Assembly: GCA_963812155.1 (NCBI GenBank)
Contig: CAWETW010000002.1
Span: 224,001 to 288,000, forward strand
Length of the DNA: 64,000 nt
From: Vulcanimicrobiota bacterium
Lineage (GTDB): Bacteria > Vulcanimicrobiota > Vulcanimicrobiia > Vulcanimicrobiales > Vulcanimicrobiaceae
Reading direction: 5' to 3'
The position numbers and the translations under genes were made by a program. Below the pieces are notes generated by a model. That model had not been told where the DNA came from. It searched no databases and worked only from the letters and a program-made list of their open reading frames with translations. Position 1 is the first letter of the stretch, and every line of letters begins with the position of its first letter. This document shows positions 9,053-19,112 of the stretch, one piece after another.

Positions 9053-10880
9053 GTGGAATTGTTGCGTTTTTCCGATCTCGAATGTCACTATGGGGCACGC
9101 GAAGTATTCTCGAGTCTTAGCGGAGTCTTCAACCACGGCGAACGCATCGGTCTCGTGGGCCCCAACGGCGCGGGGAAGTCGTCGCTCCTGCGTCTTCTCG
9201 CCGGCATCGACAGGCCATTCGGCGGTAGCGTCATACGGGCGAAAGGCTTGACGCTCGGGTATCTCGCACAAGGCGTTGCCGACGAAACCGAGTCGACGCT
9301 GCAAGACCTCGTTGACGCCGCGCTGTCTAGGGCGACGCACGAAGAGTCGGGCGTGCGTAACAAAGCGCTGCGCACCATGCTCTCAGCGTTCGGCTTCGCG
9401 CCAACTGAATACGACCGTCCGCTACGCTCGTTTTCAGGCGGCCAACGGGCGAAAGTCGCGTTAACGCACGTGCTGATCGACGAACCGGACTACCTGATTC
9501 TCGACGAACCGACGAACCATCTCGATGTCGCGACGATCCGCTGGCTCGAATCGTTCGTGTCCAACGATCCGCGCGGTTATATCGTCGTTTCGCACGACCG
9601 CTACTTTCTCGACCGGATATCTACACGCATCTGGGAGATCGAGCGAGGGCGCTTCCACGCCTACTCGCCCGCGCGGCCCGCATACACCGCGTACGTCGCA
9701 GCGAAAGCCGTGCGCCTAGAAGCGGAGCGGCGCGAGTACGAAACGTTCGTTGTCGAACGCGATAAGCGGCGCAGAACGATCGCCGGCCTGCGAGCGACGC
9801 ACACCTCCTCAGATTACAGCCAAGTGCGCAGTCGCGAGAAGCAGCTGGCGCGCGTCGAAGCGATAACCCGAGCCCCGTCTCCGGCGGCTCCCGAACGCCC
9901 GATCTCTGTCCGCCTGCGTCCATCGCGGCGCGCCGGCAGCGGATTCGCCTTCGAAGCCCGGGGCTTGAGCAAAGCGTACGATCAACAACTCTTCAGCCGG
10001 CTAGCAATCGACGTCGAGCGCGGAGAGCGCCTCGGCATCGTCGGTCCAAACGGCTCCGGAAAGTCGACGCTTCTGAAGATACTCACCGCCGCAGTGCAAC
10101 CGGATTCCGGATCGGTCGTCTTCAACCCCGCGGCGCAAGTCGCGTACTTTGCCCAGAATTTCACACGATCAACTCGACGTCCAGGAGAGCGCGCTCGCAG
10201 CCGTATTGGACGGCGCTGCACTGACCCCGCAGGATGCGCGCGGACTGCTCGGCCGCATGCGTATTAGCGGCGATGCCGCCGACAAAGCCGTGCGCGATTT
10301 TTCCGGTGGAGAGCGGCGCCGTATCATGCTGGCACGACTGATGGCGCGCGCGGCCGACATCTTGCTGCTCGACGAGCCGACCAACGATCTCGATATCGAC
10401 AGCCGCGAAGCACTCGAAAGCGTCTTATCCGACTACGAGGGAACGATCGTCGTCGTCTCGCACGATCGCTATCTTCTGTCGCTTCTGTGCGATCGGGTAT
10501 TGTGGCTTGAACGGGGGGCGTGGGGAGTCGTCGACGGCGGTTACGACGTGTACGAGGCGGCCCAGCGAGAGCGCGACAAAGCGGCGATTGAGCGCGCGGT
10601 CGAAGAGTCGACCGAGCGTGCCAAGGCGTCGCGTCAAACGCCATTGCGCGTACGCTCGCAGCTAACGGGGCAGATCAAGCGAGTCGAGCGAGAAATCGAA
10701 GGCCTCGATGCGCGCGTCAGCGAGATCGAGCTTCTTTTCGAGTCACCGGAGATCTACACCGACGCGGCCGGATCTAAGGCATTGAGCCAAGAACTCGCTG
10801 AACTAAAAATGCGCAGTCGGGAGCGCGTGATCCAGTGGGAAGCGTTGCTGCATCAACTCGAAGAATTGACGGCCACGTAA
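9053..10880 (+). CDS. ABC-F family ATPase with C-terminal coiled coil; +1 frameshift at TTT 10159-10161
   Basis: Walker A GPNGAGKS and GPNGSGKS; signatures FSGGQ and FSGGE; two LDEPTN; VSHDRY; no TM segments. Confidence 0.9.
10644..10846 (+). repeat. 203-bp direct repeat, copy 1 (ABC-F 3' region)
   Basis: Aligns without gaps to 14109-14311 with 10 mismatches. Confidence 0.95.
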
Positions 10881-12233
10881 CGACCGAATTAGAGGCGCTC
10901 GTTGAGGCACGCTCGCAATCGCGTCGATCGATTTGCCTGTGAGGCTTTCCAGAGCCGGCCGGGCGAGCGACGATCGGCTCTCCCCGCGTTCGGTAAGCGC
11001 TCGCGGCAATAACTGAAACGGATTCACACCGCCTTCCGACATAATATACCAGGCCGTTGCGCCGACGTGGAGCGATGAAAAATATTTGTCGCCGTCGCAG
11101 TCACTGATGGTTCTTGAGGCGGCGATGATGCCGAGGCCGTCTCCATTCGGTCCATTCGATTGCGCGTACTGGATATCGTTAAGGTATTGCTTCGCTTGGC
11201 TCCGGTCGCCGGATGCGTTCCTTAGCTCGAGCGCATCGGCGAGGTGCGCCGTGCCTTCGAACCATACGCCGGAGCGGTCGCGGCTGCAGAAGCTCACGCC
11301 GCTGAAGCCGCCCTCACTGACCGATAGATTCGCTACGTCCCAGCTCGGCGCAGCGGCCCACGCCGGGTTCGCAAAGGCAAGATAACTCCACGAGTTTACG
11401 TCTTCAGGTTTGAACGTCTTGTTCGGCGTTACACCGTCGTCGCCGGTACCGGCGTAGAAGCGGCTACCACGCTCGTCCCACATCGAGCCTACGAACTGTT
11501 TGGCCCAGGCCGCGTTGGTTGCCCACTCGTTCTGACCTGACTCCGCGGCCAGCATGGCGAAAAACACGTACACGTCGAGGTTATGCTCGGTCGACTTCCA
11601 TTCGATCTTCTTGCCGCGTGCCGTGTAGCCGCCGGTGTATCCGCCGGCGCCGCGTGTATCGTACGTGTTCTTTTGCAGCCAGTGCGCAATCGCAAGCGCC
11701 CCATTGAGGTACTGCTGATCCGAAGTTGCTGCGTAGGCTTGAACGAGCGCCTGTCCGACCCAGGCCATGTTTCCAACGTCGCTCGTATTGTCGCTCACGA
11801 TCACATCGTTCGGGCCTCTCAAGGGGTTAGGCGCGTAGGCCGCACGGAGGCGCCCATCGCCAACCTTGTCGTGGGCCTGAACGTACAGGAATGCTTTGCC
11901 AACCACTTCCGCTCTCGCGGTATCATCGGAAGAACCGCCTGCCAGCATCGCATCGACGAACAGCGCATCGTCATAGGTCACGGCGTCCTTGAAATTTTTC
12001 AGCGGGCCGCCGTCGAAGCTCTGCACGAGCCGCGGCGTCGAGCCCTTTGCGTATTTGTCCATCATCGCCTCCAGAAACGTGTACGCATTGGAAATGCTCG
12101 TCGAAGATTGGTCCGTTGAAAGCGCCATGGCATTTGGTGTTGATGGAACTGCTTTAGGTGCACCCGCTGCGCAGCCTCCGCTCGCAATGAGTCCGACAAC
12201 GGATGCCAGCGCAAAAGAAGCTTTTAACTTCAT
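10803..12233 (-). CDS. Secreted/lipoprotein six-hairpin glycosidase-like protein
   Basis: Lipobox-like SGGC; motifs TYDDAL, GNMAW, KSTEHNLD, VWFEGT, HVGATAW; C-terminal tail after GVNPF overlaps the ABC-F end antisense. Confidence 0.6.
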   Translation of the reverse strand: MKLKASFALASVVGLIASGGCAAGAPKAVPSTPNAMALSTDQSSTSISNAYTFLEAMMDKYAKGSTPRLVQSFDGGPLKNFKDAVTYDDALFVDAMLAGGSSDDTARAEVVGKAFLYVQAHDKVGDGRLRAAYAPNPLRGPNDVIVSDNTSDVGNMAWVGQALVQAYAATSDQQYLNGALAIAHWLQKNTYDTRGAGGYTGGYTARGKKIEWKSTEHNLDVYVFFAMLAAESGQNEWATNAAWAKQFVGSMWDERGSRFYAGTGDDGVTPNKTFKPEDVNSWSYLAFANPAWAAAPSWDVANLSVSEGGFSGVSFCSRDRSGVWFEGTAHLADALELRNASGDRSQAKQYLNDIQYAQSNGPNGDGLGIIAASRTISDCDGDKYFSSLHVGATAWYIMSEGGVNPFQLLPRALTERGESRSSLARPALESLTGKSIDAIASVPQRAPLIRSLRGRQFFELMQQRFPLDHALPTAHF

Positions 12234-12394
12234 CGACCATTCTTACGCGCCTCGCCGCGTTCTCCTAGGATGTCATCATTCGCTCCGCTAGCGCGAGCGG
12301 AAAAAGAAAAATCGGCGAGCCACGACGGACCCGGATCGAGATTCTTTTAACGGCTGCCCGAGAAGCACGCCCTAGCGAGGTAGCCGCATTTTAC

Positions 12395-13393
12395 TCATAG
12401 CAGCCCTGCGATTTCGGAAGACTGGTTCGGCGCGAACTGGTTTGTGGACGCGGGCGGTTGCGCACTTGCCATCACTGCAATGGTCTCCGCGATCGTCTCT
12501 TTGGCAGTGTAATGCACCATGTGCCCGACACCATGGATGATCAGCAGTTTCGATGCAGGAATTTCTTCTGCGAGACGCTTGGATTGGGCCGGACTTACTA
12601 CCTTGTCGTCGGCGCCCGCAACGATAGCGACAGGGACCGCCAACTCTTTGTAGCGATGCTCCATCGACGCAGCCGAAGGAACCATCAGCGCCGTATCTTC
12701 AGCATTGGCCCGAATCTGCCATGGACGGATCGCCATTGCTAGCTCTGGCTTGATGGCCGGGTCGACGTCTGCGGGCGCGAACAGTTGCGCCGAAACTACG
12801 GGCGCCAACGCAGCTCCGAGTGGCGGCAAGACCGTGTAGCGCAGAACGTCACCGATAATCGGCAAAGCCGGAGTCCCGAAGAGCGCCGCATCAACTCGAA
12901 ACGTCGGGAAAAAATATCCTGAAATCAGGAGCAAGCCTTTGTAATGAACCGGATATTCTAGGGCGAGCGCCAGTGCCACGAGCGTTCCCCAAGAATGCCC
13001 GACGATCACCGTTGCGCCAATGTTGAGCCTTTGCAGCGCCTCGTGCAGTAAGGTTGCCTGCGCCGCGGCCGTCCAGACTTGGCCTCGCGGACGAGTGCTG
13101 TAGCCGAAACCGGGGCGATCGAAGGCGATGACGCGATGCGTCCCGACTAGCGCGTGGATCAGGCCGCTGGATTTCCAATCCTGAGCCGTTACGCCGTTGC
13201 CGTGCAGGAGCACGACCGAAGGCCCATCGCCTTCGTCGGTGTAGTGCAAGCGCGCGTCCCCGACGTCCATGAAGCGCCCGCTCGGGGGGTGGCGTCGTTC
13301 AGTTCGGCGAGCGGAGGCGATATTGAGCGCTGCGCCGGCAGCGAGGGCGGCGGCCGTAATTACAGCCGTCCGGATAGTCGTAGAGCGTTTCAA
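12395..13393 (-). CDS. Alpha/beta hydrolase
   Basis: LLHG, FDRPGFGYS, GHSWG nucleophile elbow, GADDKVV, GHMVH. Confidence 0.9.
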   Translation of the reverse strand: MKRSTTIRTAVITAAALAAGAALNIASARRTERRHPPSGRFMDVGDARLHYTDEGDGPSVVLLHGNGVTAQDWKSSGLIHALVGTHRVIAFDRPGFGYSTRPRGQVWTAAAQATLLHEALQRLNIGATVIVGHSWGTLVALALALEYPVHYKGLLLISGYFFPTFRVDAALFGTPALPIIGDVLRYTVLPPLGAALAPVVSAQLFAPADVDPAIKPELAMAIRPWQIRANAEDTALMVPSAASMEHRYKELAVPVAIVAGADDKVVSPAQSKRLAEEIPASKLLIIHGVGHMVHYTAKETIAETIAVMASAQPPASTNQFAPNQSSEIAGLL

Positions 13394-13666
13394 TGAGTTC
13401 CGTTCACGGCGCGGGTGTAGCGCCTAGCCCGCAAGCCTTACCCATTTACACCGAACTCTACTAACTCCATCGACATTCCGTTTAGGCACCACACGCTCGA
13501 AACGACGAGCGGCGAGCAAGCGTTGCGACAGTTATGACGGCTGGCAGAGACTATATACGATGCCGCGCTTAATGGAAGATCCGTCGGCATCCAGGGCGAG
13601 CGCGCAACCGTTCCTCCGCGCGGATTCGCGCATGTGCGCTGGATTCGCGATCGGCATGCGTTTGCA

Positions 13667-13867
13667 CTACGATACCTTTTCATCTCCGACTGTCGCTTCT
13701 CGGGCGGCCCGTTTAGCGTCGTCAGTGGTATGCGCGCAGCTGGAGTGACCGCAGCTGCAATGGCCGTAATCATTTGAGGCGCGGCATTTCTTGTCGCAAT
13801 ATTCGTCTTCGGTGCTTACCTGGCACTTGCAGCCGTCACCGCGGCAATTGTATTTTGAACCTTCCAT
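13667..13867 (-). CDS. Small Cys/His-rich metallothionein-like protein
   Basis: CRGDGCKC...YCDKKC...HCSCGHSSC; 8 Cys within about 40 aa. Confidence 0.65.
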   Translation of the reverse strand: MEGSKYNCRGDGCKCQVSTEDEYCDKKCRASNDYGHCSCGHSSCAHTTDDAKRAAREATVGDEKVS

Positions 13868-14075
13868 GAGCGGCCTGTACCCACTTTAGCATAGCCAAAA
13901 CCGGGCTGTTAATTGAAGTATGAAGGGCCGCAAACGCGGGAACTGCTAGCACCGTGCCGAGAATCCCGAGCGTCGCGCCACGGATGACTATTGCAATGAA
14001 GATCACCGATGCATAGACGCCCACGCTTTTGGCCACGATGATCGGTGCGAAAACCCGGCCCTGACCTTCAAACAC
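13836..14075 (-). pseudogene. C-terminal fragment of an AI-2E family transporter
   Basis: EGQGRVFAPIIVAKSVGV...GATLGILGTVLAVP matches the AI-2E C-terminus; 5' part cut near the duplicate at about 14090. Confidence 0.6.
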
Positions 14076-14108
14076 GAGCGTGAAAGAGACCGAGCGCGTA
14101 AAACGACG

Positions 14109-14311
14109 TTGCGCGTACGCTCGCAGCTAACGGGGCAGATCAAGCGAGTCGAGCGAGAAATCGAAGGCCTCGATGCGCGCGTCGGCGAGATCGAGCTTCT
14201 CTTCGAGTCGCCCGAGATCTATACCGACGCGGCCGGATCTAAGGCACTGAGCCAAGAACTCGCTGAACTGAAAAAGCGCAGTCGGGAGCGCGTCATCCAG
14301 TGGAAAGCGTT
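14109..14311 (+). pseudogene. Displaced duplicate of the ABC-F 3' end (repeat copy 2)
   Basis: About 95% identical to 10644-10846; no upstream gene body. Confidence 0.9.
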
Positions 14312-14360
14312 TCGGGCGCATTTGCTTGCGTAGCCGGTAGATGCATCGCTTTTCTAGCGT

Positions 14361-14389
14361 TTGACAAAACCAACAAGAAGGCGCAGCAT
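14361..14389 (+). promoter_or_regulatory. Possible sigma70 promoter
   Basis: TTGACA-N17-CAGCAT upstream of the 14463 gene; weak -10. Confidence 0.35.
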
Positions 14390-14462
14390 GGATAAGGATT
14401 GCTAAAGGCGGGCCATTATTGGCCGGCCTGTTGGGCTTTCCAGCCGTTGAAAGGGAGTTATC

Positions 14463-15668
14463 TTGCGCCGTTTACCGTTTGTAGTCGGCTCCGCTTTGGT
14501 CTTCTGCGTTGGCTTGCCGGGATGCTCGCGCGCGACCGGGCCGGCATTACCTAACGTCGCAAGTGCCGGGTTCTCGCAGAAAAGCGATGCTGGGGGCTTT
14601 AGCGTGGTGCACAGCTTCGGCGGAGCCAAGGACGGAAATACGCCGTTTGGGAGTCTCATCTATGTCGATGGAGGTTTCCTAGGCACGACCTCACTGGGCG
14701 GCGCCGCCGCAATGGGAACCGTCTTCAAGACGAGCTCGAAGGGGCAGGAACGCGTTCTGCACAGCTTCGGCGGCGGCAGCACCGACGGCGCGGCCTCCGA
14801 AGCGAGCTTGATCGAAAAAAATGGCGCCCTTTATGGCACAACGTACTCCGGCGGCCCGAACGACGCTGGAGTCGTTTTTCGCATTAGCTCGGCGGGTACG
14901 GAAAAAGTGTTGCACGCCTTCGGAGACGGTCAGGATGGGCGCTATCCAAGAGCAGGCCTTATTTATGTGAATAATATGCTTTACGGCACGACATACGCAG
15001 GCGGCACTTGCGCCACATATGGCGGATGCGGAACGATTTTTGCGATCAATCCCAAGACCGGCGCCGAGCACGTCCTGCACAGTTTCGGGAACGGCACAGA
15101 CGGCGCTTATCCGTATTATTCCGGCTTGGCGTTGGTCAAAAGTACGCTCTATGGCACGACGACTCTTGGCGGCAAGTACGGCTACGGCGCCGTCTTTAGT
15201 GAGACTCTTGGGGGCTCGGAGCGAGTACGTTACAGCTTTAAAGGCGAACCGGACGCGGCAAATCCCTACGCAGGCTTGATAACCGTGAAGGGCACGCTCT
15301 ACGGCACGACGGAATTCGGCGGCAAGATCGGCCACGGTGCCGTCTTTAGCTTGAGCACCGCGGGCGCAGAGCACGTGCTGTACAGCTTTTCAACTAACAA
15401 CCTGCAGTATGACGCGGCTCAGCCCAGCACCAGCTTAATCTATGTGAACGGCACGTTCTACGGAACGGCGGGCTACGGCGGCACGGCCGGCGACGGAGCC
15501 ATTTACAGTGTGAGTTTGCAAGGCAAGGAGCAAGTACTGCACAGCTTCAGCGGTGCCTATCAGGCGTTCCCGTCGAGCTTGCTCGACGCGAACGGCGCGT
15601 TGTTTGGCACAACTCAGTTCGACGGCACCAACAACGACGGGAACGTCTTCCGGCTAGCTATCCCGTAA
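14463..15668 (+). CDS. Lipoprotein with TIGR03803-type (GloVer) tandem repeats
   Basis: About 7 repeats of LYGTT..GG...G.VF.....E.VLHSF; lipobox LPGC. Confidence 0.85.
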   Translation: MRRLPFVVGSALVFCVGLPGCSRATGPALPNVASAGFSQKSDAGGFSVVHSFGGAKDGNTPFGSLIYVDGGFLGTTSLGGAAAMGTVFKTSSKGQERVLHSFGGGSTDGAASEASLIEKNGALYGTTYSGGPNDAGVVFRISSAGTEKVLHAFGDGQDGRYPRAGLIYVNNMLYGTTYAGGTCATYGGCGTIFAINPKTGAEHVLHSFGNGTDGAYPYYSGLALVKSTLYGTTTLGGKYGYGAVFSETLGGSERVRYSFKGEPDAANPYAGLITVKGTLYGTTEFGGKIGHGAVFSLSTAGAEHVLYSFSTNNLQYDAAQPSTSLIYVNGTFYGTAGYGGTAGDGAIYSVSLQGKEQVLHSFSGAYQAFPSSLLDANGALFGTTQFDGTNNDGNVFRLAIP

Positions 15669-15865
15669 CCACGCCCAGCGGGCCGGGAGACCCGCGCTCA
15701 CTTGACCAAGCGACCGCAAGCCGTTCGCCGGAAATGCTTTGGGGTAGCGCTCAAATCATCAATAAACTAGGCCATTGGTATGGGAAATGGGGCCTGATGG
15801 CCTCAACCGGCTGACCCGCGACGAGCGATATAATCGGAAAAAGCTACGTTGAGGGAGCCCGTTCT

Positions 15866-16906
15866 ATGAAGCATCTGAGAGTTTTATTCCTTGCGTCTGC
15901 GCTGGGCGCATGCAGCACCAATCCGTCAACGTCGGTCATGCCGGGAGGAGCGGCGGCACCGACCGTGCCGGATGCGGCCACCGCGCAGCACGCGCTCGAC
16001 CTTCGTCCCACTTCGTCGGGTCCGTTTCTCGGCTGCCCGTATCCATCGGGAGACGTGTGGCAAACCGACATTTCGTCGTCGGGCCTTGCGACGGACAGTG
16101 CGGCGAACATCAAAGCCACGATCGACGGCCACGGAAACGGACGGTTCAGTGCCGGTGTGGTCGTTGGCGACCAGAAGAATATTACGAACGAGTACGTCAA
16201 TATGGCGAACAACTCCACCCAGCTGGTCGTCGTCCATCCGAAAAAGTCGTATCACACGCCGAAGAGCCCGGAGCCGTGGGTGTTCAGCCCTCCCTATTAC
16301 ATCGAGCCGACGTCGAACGCGCACGCGATGGTGTTGCAGAAAGATGTCTGCCAATATTACGAAACATACAGCACGACGGCAAAGCCCGCCACTCACCAGC
16401 TGTCGGCCTACAGCGGCACGTTTGTGGATTTGACTCAGCCGTTCACGCGACCGGCAACCGGCGGGTGCTCGACGTCATCGTGCATTCCGATCGGCCTCCT
16501 CGCCGTTCGACCTGAGGAGTTAGCCGCCGGTGTAATCAGCCACGCTCTCGGATGGGACGCGATTGCGGGATCCGTCTCGAAGTACACCTGTGTCAGCCCT
16601 GCTGCCGTCACCGGCTGCACGGATAACCGCGGCTACAGGGGACCGCATCGCGAGGCCCCTAAGGCGATGCCCGCCGGCGCGCACATCCGTCTCAAGGCTT
16701 CCTTCGATATTTCGCACTTTCATCCCGAAGCAAAGATCGTAGCCACGGCATTACGGCAGTACGGCGCGTATCTTTTCGCCACAGGGACGAACAATCTGAT
16801 CCCTTTCGTCAACGACGTCAATGGTGCTCCCGCATGGAACGCCGACGACCAGACGGATCTAGGATCGATCTCAATCGGTGACTTCGACGTCGTAACTGCA
16901 CCGTAG
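15866..16906 (+). CDS. Hypothetical lipoprotein
   Basis: GGGAG RBS; lipobox LGAC; Cys-rich; motifs [21 protein letters not shown]. Confidence 0.75.
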   Translation: MKHLRVLFLASALGACSTNPSTSVMPGGAAAPTVPDAATAQHALDLRPTSSGPFLGCPYPSGDVWQTDISSSGLATDSAANIKATIDGHGNGRFSAGVVVGDQKNITNEYVNMANNSTQLVVVHPKKSYHTPKSPEPWVFSPPYYIEPTSNAHAMVLQKDVCQYYETYSTTAKPATHQLSAYSGTFVDLTQPFTRPATGGCSTSSCIPIGLLAVRPEELAAGVISHALGWDAIAGSVSKYTCVSPAAVTGCTDNRGYRGPHREAPKAMPAGAHIRLKASFDISHFHPEAKIVATALRQYGAYLFATGTNNLIPFVNDVNGAPAWNADDQTDLGSISIGDFDVVTAP

Positions 16907-16919
16907 GGCGCGATTCTCG

Positions 16920-18266
16920 GTGTCACGTTATAAGCTTTGGTTTCTCTGCTGCTTGTGCGCCGCACTCTGCGCCTGCAGCGGCAGCAGCGACTCCTTACCG
17001 CGTTCTTCGGGCCTGGTAGACGCGCGCACGCTACGCCCGCACACGTCGGATGGCGATTACATCAAGCACATTGTTATCGTGGTCCAAGAGAATCGCAGCT
17101 TCGACAATTTATTCGCGACGTATCCGAATGCCGATGGCCAGACGCGCGGTAAAAATAGCACCGGCCAATGGATCCAACTCAGGTCTGAAAAGCTGTATAG
17201 CCGGCTTGAATTGGAGAATAGCCACGCTGCGTTCAAAGTCGACTACGATCAAGGGAAAATGGATGGTTGGAACTTGGTTTACGTAAACTCGGTTCCCTGT
17301 CCCACCTGTGCGTATGCCTACGTGAATCCCGCGCAGATCACACCGTATTGGACGATGGCGCAGCAGTACGTCCTTGCCGACCATATGTTTCCGTCGGAGA
17401 GCAGCGGCAGCTTTTCCGCCCACCAGGATCTGATTCGGGGCGATAGCGTCCTCGACGCCAACGATACCCTCATCGATTTCCCGTCTCACGGCCCATGGGG
17501 CTGCGACGCCCAAGCCGGCACCACGACGCCGCTCTTGAGTGCGCAGGGCCATTACAAGCTCAACGGGCCGTTTCCATGCTTCGACTACGACACGCTGCGG
17601 GATACGCTCGATGCAAAGTCCGTTTCGTGGAAATACTACACGCCGTCGCTCTTTAGCGGTGGCCTCGCAGGCGCGTACTGGGATGCGTTCGATGCAATTC
17701 GCGCCGTACGGGACGGATCGGAATGGACATCGAATATTTCATCTCCAGAGAAGAATATTTTTAACGATATTTCAAAGGGCAAGCTCGCATCCGTTTCGTG
17801 GGTGATCCCCGACGGGCAAAACTCCGATCACCCGAGTTTTGCGAAATCGGATACCGGCCCGTCGTGGGTGGCCCAAGTCGTTAATGCCGTCGGTCAAAGC
17901 CAGTATTGGGATTCTACGGCCGTCGTCATTACATGGGACGATTGGGGCGGATGGTACGATCACGTACGACCGCCGCACCTTGACTACGCCGGCCTCGGAT
18001 TTCGCGTGCCCATGCTCGTCGTCTCGCCCTACGCAAGAACCGGCTATGTCGCGCACACGCAATATGAGTTCGGCAGCATCGTGAAGTTCGTCGAGGATGT
18101 TTATGGCCTAAGCCGCTTGGGAACTAGCGACGAGCGCGCGGCGAGCATGGACGGCGTCTTCGATTTCACGCAAAAACCGCGCTCGTTCGCGCCCATTCCT
18201 GCCAAATACTCGAAGTCGTACTTCGAACGCCAAGCGCCGTCAAACGAACCGGTCGATACGAACTGA
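16920..18266 (+). CDS. Phosphoesterase / phospholipase C family lipoprotein
   Basis: [44 protein letters not shown]; lipobox LCAC. Confidence 0.9.
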   Translation: MSRYKLWFLCCLCAALCACSGSSDSLPRSSGLVDARTLRPHTSDGDYIKHIVIVVQENRSFDNLFATYPNADGQTRGKNSTGQWIQLRSEKLYSRLELENSHAAFKVDYDQGKMDGWNLVYVNSVPCPTCAYAYVNPAQITPYWTMAQQYVLADHMFPSESSGSFSAHQDLIRGDSVLDANDTLIDFPSHGPWGCDAQAGTTTPLLSAQGHYKLNGPFPCFDYDTLRDTLDAKSVSWKYYTPSLFSGGLAGAYWDAFDAIRAVRDGSEWTSNISSPEKNIFNDISKGKLASVSWVIPDGQNSDHPSFAKSDTGPSWVAQVVNAVGQSQYWDSTAVVITWDDWGGWYDHVRPPHLDYAGLGFRVPMLVVSPYARTGYVAHTQYEFGSIVKFVEDVYGLSRLGTSDERAASMDGVFDFTQKPRSFAPIPAKYSKSYFERQAPSNEPVDTN

Positions 18267-18424
18267 AGGCGCCTTCAGCCGATGAGATGTGGGAGTGGAT
18301 TCCCGCTATCCCAGTTCTTGAATATCACTCGGCACGTCGTCGACGTTGCCGGCGCGGAGTTGGCGGAGATCGTGACCGGCCTCGTGGGTCCCGGCGAACC
18401 TACGACACGGTGGCGCGGTCGTGG

Positions 18425-18682
18425 ATCACGGCGGACCTTTATACGCACGTCCTCGGCGACTTGAAAGCCGAAGCTGCCGACCGGCTCGACATCATCTTCC
18501 GCGATGCCGAGGCGCGGCGTGCTGAGGTCGCCGAACGCGAAGTGTGGGCCAAATGTGGGCCACCCGAAAAGCTGACTGCGAAAAAAGTCAGTAAAATAAC
18601 GCGTTTCGTGGTAGCGCCAACGGGAGTCGAATCGGTTCGAGCGTGGTCAACGCTGGTCACGAATGGCCAAAACCCCGCATGA
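18425..18682 (+). pseudogene. C-terminal remnant of a second tyrosine integrase
   Basis: ITADLYTHVLGDLKAEAADRLD (catalytic-Tyr helix) directly upstream of a tRNA 3'-end copy. Confidence 0.75.
18609..18631. repeat. att-site copy of the tRNA-Glu 3' end
   Basis: TGGTAGCGCCAACGGGAGTCGAA vs TGGTAGCGCCAACGGGAATCGAA at 21257-21279 (22/23). Confidence 0.9.
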
Positions 18683-18738
18683 AATAAGGGGTTACGCCGG
18701 GCTGGATGGTCACGCGTGGGCACTCGTGGTTGCCATTG

Positions 18739-18760
18739 ACGGCAACCGTTTGGCAACCGC
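18739..18760 (+). repeat. Putative integrase arm-type site (left)
   Basis: ACGGCAACCGTTTGGCAACCGC, 20/22 identical to 21191-21212. Confidence 0.7.
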
Positions 18761-19112
18761 GAGAACGTGCACCCAATCCTGGGCCGAGTGAGGGTTTGCG
18801 TATCGCGTGACGATGCTTTGCGTATCTGCCGGCGATCGCGCGCCTTCTCGGCCACGCAATGCCCGCGCACGCTTACTGTGAGATGCCGGTCGGCCCCACG
18901 CGACCCCAAGAAGTAGAACCGCACGCGCTTGGGCACAACGGAATTTTTTTTCAGTATTTTCCTTCCGAGCTGTTCGTCATCTGCTTGATAATGAGAAGTG
19001 CGAGCACCGCGCGGCGTCCCATGACTTGCACCTAGGGGGAATCGTTCAGCGGCGACGAAGGCTCGGGCATTGCCCGGGCTACTCGTTGTCACCGCCAACG
19101 TGGAGGTCCTCG

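Noticed and set aside
9053..10880. ABC-F and the Vgb-like gene as antibiotic-resistance determinants
   Set aside because: Family membership alone is insufficient; no diagnostic similarity can be established by eye, and the Vgb-like protein is a secreted fusion.
10644..14311. Repeat pair as a DGR template/variable repeat
   Set aside because: Mismatches are not adenine-specific, are mostly synonymous, and no reverse transcriptase is present.
14390..15865. Riboswitches in the leaders at 14390-14460 and 15670-15865
   Set aside because: Only small hairpins; no recognisable consensus. An Rfam/Infernal scan would be needed.
18263..18278. Perfect 16-bp palindrome CTGAAGGCGCCTTCAG at the PLC stop
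   Set aside because: Single occurrence with no U-tract; cannot be assigned beyond a possible terminator stem.
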